Shown piece by piece: positions 28,501 through 32,000 of a DNA stretch of 32,000 bases (within the stretch, counting starts at the first letter, position 1; each line of letters begins with the position of its first letter). The position numbers were made by a program, and so were the translations under genes. Source of the DNA: Telmatocola sphagniphila (GTDB taxonomy: Bacteria > Planctomycetota > Planctomycetia > Gemmatales > Gemmataceae); contig NZ_CP074694.1 in assembly GCF_018398935.1 (NCBI RefSeq), forward strand, positions 840,001-872,000, read 5' to 3'. The notes under the pieces are model-generated. The model did no database searches, was not told the origin of the DNA, and saw only the letters and a list, made by a program, of their open reading frames with translations.

Positions 28501-28533
28501 CAAACAACCCGAATTTTCGGGTTGTTTGCGTTT
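28501..28533 (+). terminator. strong hairpin after the PhnD-like gene
   Basis: CAAACAACCCGAA-tt-TTCGGGTTGTTTG (up to 13 complementary positions) then cgTTT, 23 nt after the stop at 28478. Confidence 0.6.
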
Positions 28534-28819
28534 AGACCGCCCCGTTATGTCGCCAACTTCGAAGATCCGCACTCGTCGAGTTTCTTCGAATTTCAGAAGT
28601 GTTCTAAATTCCATATGCAACAGTGTTTGTAGTGAATCGCACAACCTGCGATAATCAGAATAGTTTTTGAGAAGAGGGCCGGTTGTGCCCATTCGGGTTG
28701 ACCATTTTTTCGATCAGAAACCCTTGAAACACTTGCTAGATTCCATTTGGATGGTTTGCCCTAAATACCCATTTGTCAGACGGTTGCTTCGGAATTGTCA
28801 CATCTTAATTGCTTGCTTT

Positions 28820-28851
28820 CTGTCAGAAAAACGTGTACATTTTTCTGACAG
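28820..28851. promoter_or_regulatory. perfect 12-8-12 inverted repeat immediately upstream of abiEi (candidate AbiEi operator)
   Basis: CTGTCAGAAAAA-cgtgtaca-TTTTTCTGACAG ends 10 nt before the ATG at 28862. The operator role is an inference from the known autoregulation of AbiE operons. Confidence 0.5.
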
Positions 28852-28861
28852 GAATGGAATT

Positions 28862-29491
28862 ATGACTGGTACGATTCAAGACAGTATTTTGAAGCGGATT
28901 CGCCGCGAAGGTCGCGGGAAAGTCTTTATACCTAAAGATTTTCTGGACTTAGGCAGCCGGGCTGCGGCCGATCAATCGCTTTCTCGGTTGGTTCGCCAAG
29001 GAAATATTCAGAGGCTGGGAAGAGGTTTATACCACTATCCGCGGATAAACGAGCGTTTAGGGATACCACTCGGGCCAGACCTAGATGAGATCGCGGCGGC
29101 CCTGGCACGTCAGACGGGGAGTCGAGTTGTACCATCGGGGGCTGTGGCCGCGAACCGCTTGGGATTAACGACCCAGGTGCCAGCGAAATTGGTTTACCTG
29201 ACTGATGGACGAACCCGCCAGGTAAAAGTGGGAGGCACTTCGATCCAAATTCGTCACGTTCCTCCAAAGGAATTGCCTTTAGGAAGCCCGATTAATGCGA
29301 TGGTTTTTCAAGCCTTGCGCCATCTCGGGCAAGGAATTGTGGACGAAAAGGTGATTGGTTTGATTCGCAAAGCCCTCACCCGAGAGCAAAGAAGAGCGTT
29401 GCTTTCAGATGCACGTTACACGACGGATTGGATAGCAGTTGCGATCTCAAAGATCTCTCAGGACGAAATCAGAGTTGCTGAAAATGGATGA
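28862..29491 (+). CDS. abiEi: type IV toxin-antitoxin system AbiEi-family antitoxin (DUF6088-like)
   Basis: MTGTIQDSILKRIRREGRGKVFIPKDFLDLGSRAAADQSLSRLVRQGNIQRLGRGLYHYP is the typical N-terminal wHTH pattern of AbiEi antitoxins, and 209 aa is the expected size. The ORF-track extension back to the TTG at 28667 is rejected. Confidence 0.85.
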   Translation: MTGTIQDSILKRIRREGRGKVFIPKDFLDLGSRAAADQSLSRLVRQGNIQRLGRGLYHYPRINERLGIPLGPDLDEIAAALARQTGSRVVPSGAVAANRLGLTTQVPAKLVYLTDGRTRQVKVGGTSIQIRHVPPKELPLGSPINAMVFQALRHLGQGIVDEKVIGLIRKALTREQRRALLSDARYTTDWIAVAISKISQDEIRVAENG

Positions 29492-30530
29492 CGTCGCCCG
29501 ACTTTCGATAGCTGATCGAAGTGATCTGTTCAGGGAATCTGCACGATCTCGTGGTCTGACCGCGGCGATCATTGAAAAAGATTTCTGGGTGTGCTGGACA
29601 CTTAAAAGAATTTTCAGCCTGCCGGAGCTTCCATCCGGATTGCTTTTCAAAGGCGGTACTTCCCTGTCCAAAGTATTTGGTATCATTGATCGTTTTTCTG
29701 AAGATGTAGATTTGTCTTTCGATAGATCGGGGCTGGGATTTGCGGGTGACAACGATCCTCAAAGAGCGTCTTCCGGAAAGAAACGAAAACAGGGTCTAAA
29801 GGCGTTGGAAGAAACCTGCCAGCGGGTGATCCGGAACCAACTCTTGCCCAGACTCCACGAATCGTTCAGAAATGCCTTGGGCGAATCCTGGGATTCCTCC
29901 TGGAATCTTCAGTTGGCTGCGGATGACCAGGATGGTCAGACTTTGTTGTTCCACTACCCGACAACCAGCCAGGATGGGCAAACCGATGCTCTGGCGTATA
30001 TCCGTTCTTCAGTTCGACTGGAGATAGGGGCAAGATCGGAGAACTGGCCTGCACGGGATGCCACAATCGTGCCTTATGTATCCCAGGATTTTCCCTCGAT
30101 CCTCAAAGAGCCTGGATGTCGGGTTGATGTTCTGGCGGCCGAGCGAACATTCTGGGAAAAAATCACATTGCTGCACATGTGGCATCACGCTCCCGCGCGT
30201 AAAAAATTCCGGGATCGACAGTCGCGACATTATTTCGACGTCGTTCGGCTTCACGAACACGAGATTGGAAAAGCGGCAATCAAGGATATTGAGCTGTTCT
30301 TGAAGGTGGCTAAACACAAGGAGATCTTTTTCCCTGCTGCATGGGCGCGGTATGCGGAGGCGAGGCCGGGATCACTTTGTCTGGTGCCACCTAAAACTCG
30401 TTTGCCCGAATTAGAACGAGATTATCGTCTCATGAGTGAAATGATCTTCGGCGAGAAGCCTACATTCGATGAGCTATTGGCAAAGCTGCGAGGTATCGAA
30501 GCACAAATCAATGAAAAGGCGGGAGGATAG
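29484..30530 (+). CDS. abiEii: AbiEii/AbiGii-family nucleotidyltransferase toxin (DUF1814)
   Basis: IEKDFWVCWTLKRIF, FKGGTSLSKVF, IDRFSEDVDLSF and FWEK..LLH fit the AbiEii NTase motifs. ATG 29484 overlaps the abiEi stop (ATGGATGA, 8-nt overlap). Confidence 0.88.
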   Translation: MDDVARLSIADRSDLFRESARSRGLTAAIIEKDFWVCWTLKRIFSLPELPSGLLFKGGTSLSKVFGIIDRFSEDVDLSFDRSGLGFAGDNDPQRASSGKKRKQGLKALEETCQRVIRNQLLPRLHESFRNALGESWDSSWNLQLAADDQDGQTLLFHYPTTSQDGQTDALAYIRSSVRLEIGARSENWPARDATIVPYVSQDFPSILKEPGCRVDVLAAERTFWEKITLLHMWHHAPARKKFRDRQSRHYFDVVRLHEHEIGKAAIKDIELFLKVAKHKEIFFPAAWARYAEARPGSLCLVPPKTRLPELERDYRLMSEMIFGEKPTFDELLAKLRGIEAQINEKAGG

Positions 30531-30822
30531 GCGGTTTTGCGGGCTCATGAGTTTCCAAAGCAAAATGAACGGATGGCGTCTTAATGGCTTCTAAGGTCAT
30601 CAAATTCACGATTTCCACTATGTAAAATTTGATGATCTGATGACCTCTCTAGGGGTTTGCCGGACACAGAAGGTGTTTCAAGTTACAAATATCCATTCGG
30701 ATTGGACCGCCTCTTACGCAAGCAACTCTCAAGCCGAAAGCGTATTTTTCGATGCCGATCTTCAAAATCTCTGTAAAATTCATCTTTTGACGAAATGACG
30801 ACTAGCACAGGGTTCGCAATTC

Positions 30823-32000
30823 ATGCCGGAATCGATTCCAATATCCATCGCCAAGGAAACCCAAGAACGGTATCTGCGGTATGCGCTCTCGGTCATAACT
30901 TCTCGCGCGTTGCCCGACGTTCGCGACGGCCTGAAACCGGTGCAACGGCGTATCCTCTACGCCATGCAGCACGAACTGCGACTGGATTTCGAGAATAAAG
31001 CCAAAAAGTGCGCTTCCATCGTCGGCGATGTGATGGGTAAATACCACCCCCACGGCGACTCGGCCATTTATGAAGCTCTGGTCCGCATGGCCCAGAACTG
31101 GATGATGCTCGTCCCCCTGGTACACGGTCAGGGGAACTTCGGCTCGATCATGGGCGACAGCCCGGGCGCCTTCCGTTATACCGAAGCCAAACTGGCGAAG
31201 GCCGCTTCCTACCTGATGCGCGAATTGCGTCAGGAAACGGTTCCCCTACGCTATACGTTCGACAACGAACATATGGAACCGGTCGTGCTGCCCGCCGAGT
31301 TTCCCAATTTGCTGGTGAATGGCTCCTCGGGTATCGCGGTCGGTATGGCCACCAATATCCCCCCCCATAACCTGGGGGAGGTCATTCGAGCGGCTATTCT
31401 GCTCATCGATCAACCCGACGCCAGCACAGCCGTGATCATGGATAAGATCAAGGGCCCCGATTTCCCCAAGGGCGGCAAGATTATCAGCGACCGCACAACG
31501 CTGCGAAAGATCTACGAGTGCGGAAACGGCAGCATCAAGGTTCAAGGGGAATGGAAGCTGGAGGGGGCGGGGACCAAGAAGCCCCAGATCGTCATAACCT
31601 CCATTCCTTACGCCGTGAACGCCGGTAAGCTGGAAGGGGATATCGGCGCGATCATCGAAGCCCGTAAACTGCCGCAGGCTCTGGGCGTCACTGATGAATC
31701 GAACGAAAAAGATGGTTTCCGAATCACCATCGATTTGAAACCGGATGCCGATCCGGCCATGGTCATGGCGTACCTATACAAGAATACGCAGCTTCAGGAT
31801 ACTTTCTCCTTCAATCTGACCTGTCTGGTGCCCAACGAATCCGGAAGCCTGATTCCGCGACAGATCACGCTGAAGGAAATGCTCCAGCACTTCCTCGATT
31901 TCCGTTTCGATACGGTCAAAAAGCGATTCGAGTACGAGCTTCGAATTCTGAAACGAAGAATTCACATCCTCGAAGGTTTCCGGATTATCTTCAATGCGCT
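30823..32000 (+). CDS. type IIA DNA topoisomerase subunit A (GyrA/ParC-like), 3' end off window
   Basis: Translated manually; it is absent from the ORF track because no stop occurs before base 32000. [48 protein letters not shown]...[19 protein letters not shown]...GNFGS...AFRYTEAKL (catalytic Tyr)...[26 protein letters not shown] cannot separate gyrase from topo IV by eye. Confidence 0.9.
   Translation, partial: MPESIPISIAKETQERYLRYALSVITSRALPDVRDGLKPVQRRILYAMQHELRLDFENKAKKCASIVGDVMGKYHPHGDSAIYEALVRMAQNWMMLVPLVHGQGNFGSIMGDSPGAFRYTEAKLAKAASYLMRELRQETVPLRYTFDNEHMEPVVLPAEFPNLLVNGSSGIAVGMATNIPPHNLGEVIRAAILLIDQPDASTAVIMDKIKGPDFPKGGKIISDRTTLRKIYECGNGSIKVQGEWKLEGAGTKKPQIVITSIPYAVNAGKLEGDIGAIIEARKLPQALGVTDESNEKDGFRITIDLKPDADPAMVMAYLYKNTQLQDTFSFNLTCLVPNESGSLIPRQITLKEMLQHFLDFRFDTVKKRFEYELRILKRRIHILEGFRIIFNA

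Noticed and set aside
28667-28861. 65-aa N-terminal extension of the AbiEi ORF
   Set aside because: It starts at a TTG, runs through the operator-like palindrome, and has non-protein-like composition. AbiEi homologues begin near the MTGTIQDSILKRI segment.
30594-30646. Inverted repeat AGGTCATCAAATT...AATTTGATGA(tctga)TGACCT downstream of abiEii
   Set aside because: It is real in the sequence but imperfect and AT-rich. It could be a weak terminator for the TA operon. The evidence is insufficient to call it a mobile-element end or a regulatory site.
28689-30708. Imperfect direct repeats CCATTCGGGTTGACC (28689-28703) and CCATTCGGATTGGACC (30693-30708) flanking the AbiE pair, as possible insertion scars
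   Set aside because: The exact shared core is only 8 nt. A match of that length between two roughly 300-bp spacers is expected by chance about once. No integrase, transposase or tRNA is nearby.
30795-30998. 67-aa ORF at the start of the topoisomerase region
   Set aside because: It is out of frame with the clearly conserved GyrA/ParC reading frame that starts at 30823, so it is a shadow ORF.

Overview
This window looks like a chromosomal segment from a Planctomycetota-type genome. The evidence for that is a DUF1559 protein with a prepilin-type N-terminal methylation motif, a 'PVC-type' heme-binding CxxCH/HEAT-repeat giant protein, a Gly-rich RRM protein, and rsmH sitting outside any dcw cluster. 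Coding density is high. I support about 24 protein genes, and most are housekeeping. They are, in order: an XPB-like helicase (5' partial), a secreted protein of unknown function, an MFS transporter, a SASA-type sialate O-acetylesterase, glgX plus a co-oriented unknown gene, and rho. These are followed by an M32 carboxypeptidase, DUF1559 plus a small lipoprotein, a TPP-dependent 2-keto-acid decarboxylase, a Tat-signal Mn-type SOD, and rnz-rsmH. The last group is a DUF3309 micro-membrane protein, the PVC heme protein, an RRM RNA-binding protein, a multi-domain ThiE, a TolC-like plus PhnD-like pair, and a type IIA topoisomerase A subunit (3' partial, missing from the ORF track because it runs off the window). 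The only clearly accessory or defence element is an AbiEi/AbiEii (type IV toxin-antitoxin / abortive infection) pair at 28862-30530. Its start and stop codons overlap, and a perfect 12-8-12 inverted repeat lies just upstream. I found no rRNA, tRNA, CRISPR array, transposase or integrase. I cannot point to a convincing new multi-gene system. The best candidates for undescribed biology are: (i) the 527-bp AT-rich non-coding gap at 19122-19648, with nested long-range complementarity and a repeated CTTAG/CTAAG motif (possible sRNA, regulatory hub or micro-ORF); (ii) the orphan TolC-like/PhnD-like two-gene operon with no transporter core; (iii) the Clp_N-like + ThiD2-like + ThiE fusion with no recognisable TPP riboswitch; (iv) the unknown 285-aa protein apparently co-transcribed with glgX. 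All functional calls come from motif recognition by eye, and no database search was run.
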